DNA of 62,196 nucleotides, the filler included, from Deltaproteobacteria bacterium (GTDB taxonomy: Bacteria; JAEEML01): assembly GCA_016283195.1 (NCBI GenBank). It is 5 parts of 5 records of this genome, joined end to end, with 100 filler letters (N's around TTAATTAATTAA, not from the genome) between each part and the next. Parts side by side here need not be neighbours in the genome. Positions count along the whole stretch, not along the records: positions 59,223 to 62,196 come from JAEEML010000102.1; 4 more parts are not named here. The stretch is one strand, 5' to 3'. Position numbers and translations under genes: made by a program. A model generated the notes under the pieces. The model had not been told where the DNA came from and did no database searches. It worked only from the letters and a program-made list of their open reading frames with translations. Shown piece by piece: positions 61,941 to 62,196 of the stretch; positions within the stretch are counted from its first letter, which is position 1; each line of letters begins with the position of its first letter.

Positions 61941-62196
61941 ATGAACAAACTTAAAATGCAAACCCACAACATTGTGGACGAAAACATAAAGAAGATTGCC
62001 GAACTCTTCCCCAACTGCCTCACAGAGCGCCTCGACGAGAACGGAAAGCCGGAAGCGGCGATTGACTTCGACCAGCTCCGGCAGGAACTCTCGAAGGACA
62101 TCGTGGAAGGCCCCGAGGAACGCTACCAGTTCACCTGGCCCGACAAGCGCAACGCCATCCGCCTCGCCAACGCGCCGACCACCGACACGCTGCGCC
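61941..62196 (+). CDS. type III restriction-modification methyltransferase Mod (5' part, runs off window; not in ORF track)
   Basis: MNKLKMQTHNIVDENIKKIAELFPNCLTE..IDFDQLRQELS..EERYQFTWPDKR..ANAPTTDTLR. Confidence 0.88.
   Translation, partial: MNKLKMQTHNIVDENIKKIAELFPNCLTERLDENGKPEAAIDFDQLRQELSKDIVEGPEERYQFTWPDKRNAIRLANAPTTDTLR

Overview
This window is not one continuous locus. It is five contig pieces joined by four 100-nt N/TTAATTAATTAA linkers (16434-16533, 33842-33941, 50799-50898, 59123-59222), so adjacency across linkers means nothing. The DNA is bacterial chromosome, roughly 50% GC by eye. Several genes look Myxococcota-like: a TIGR04551-like outer-membrane barrel, a PilZ-like(TIGR02266)-Hsp70 fusion, an FHA-GGDEF protein, two Hanks-type kinases and many Cys-rich lipoproteins. 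These sit beside anaerobe-type energy genes: Rex with a perfect operator upstream of a trimeric HydCBA [FeFe]-hydrogenase, and Na+-pumping decarboxylase gamma and beta subunits. Housekeeping content includes four tRNAs, groES/groEL, proS, argS, rsmB, ftsK and a tuf-S10-spc-secY cluster that lacks rplC and stops after secY. The best candidates for undescribed biology are: (i) a coupled operon of Ser/Thr kinase with an RHH-like tail, pseudo-receiver-PilZ, PhoH and Zn-ribbon-RDD; (ii) a modular Cys-rich lipoprotein family, plus a small lipoprotein with twin LYGP motifs; (iii) H2-linked fermentative metabolism in a myxobacteria-like lineage. There is no CRISPR array, rRNA, integrase or transposase. 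All family calls come from motif recognition by eye, not database searches.
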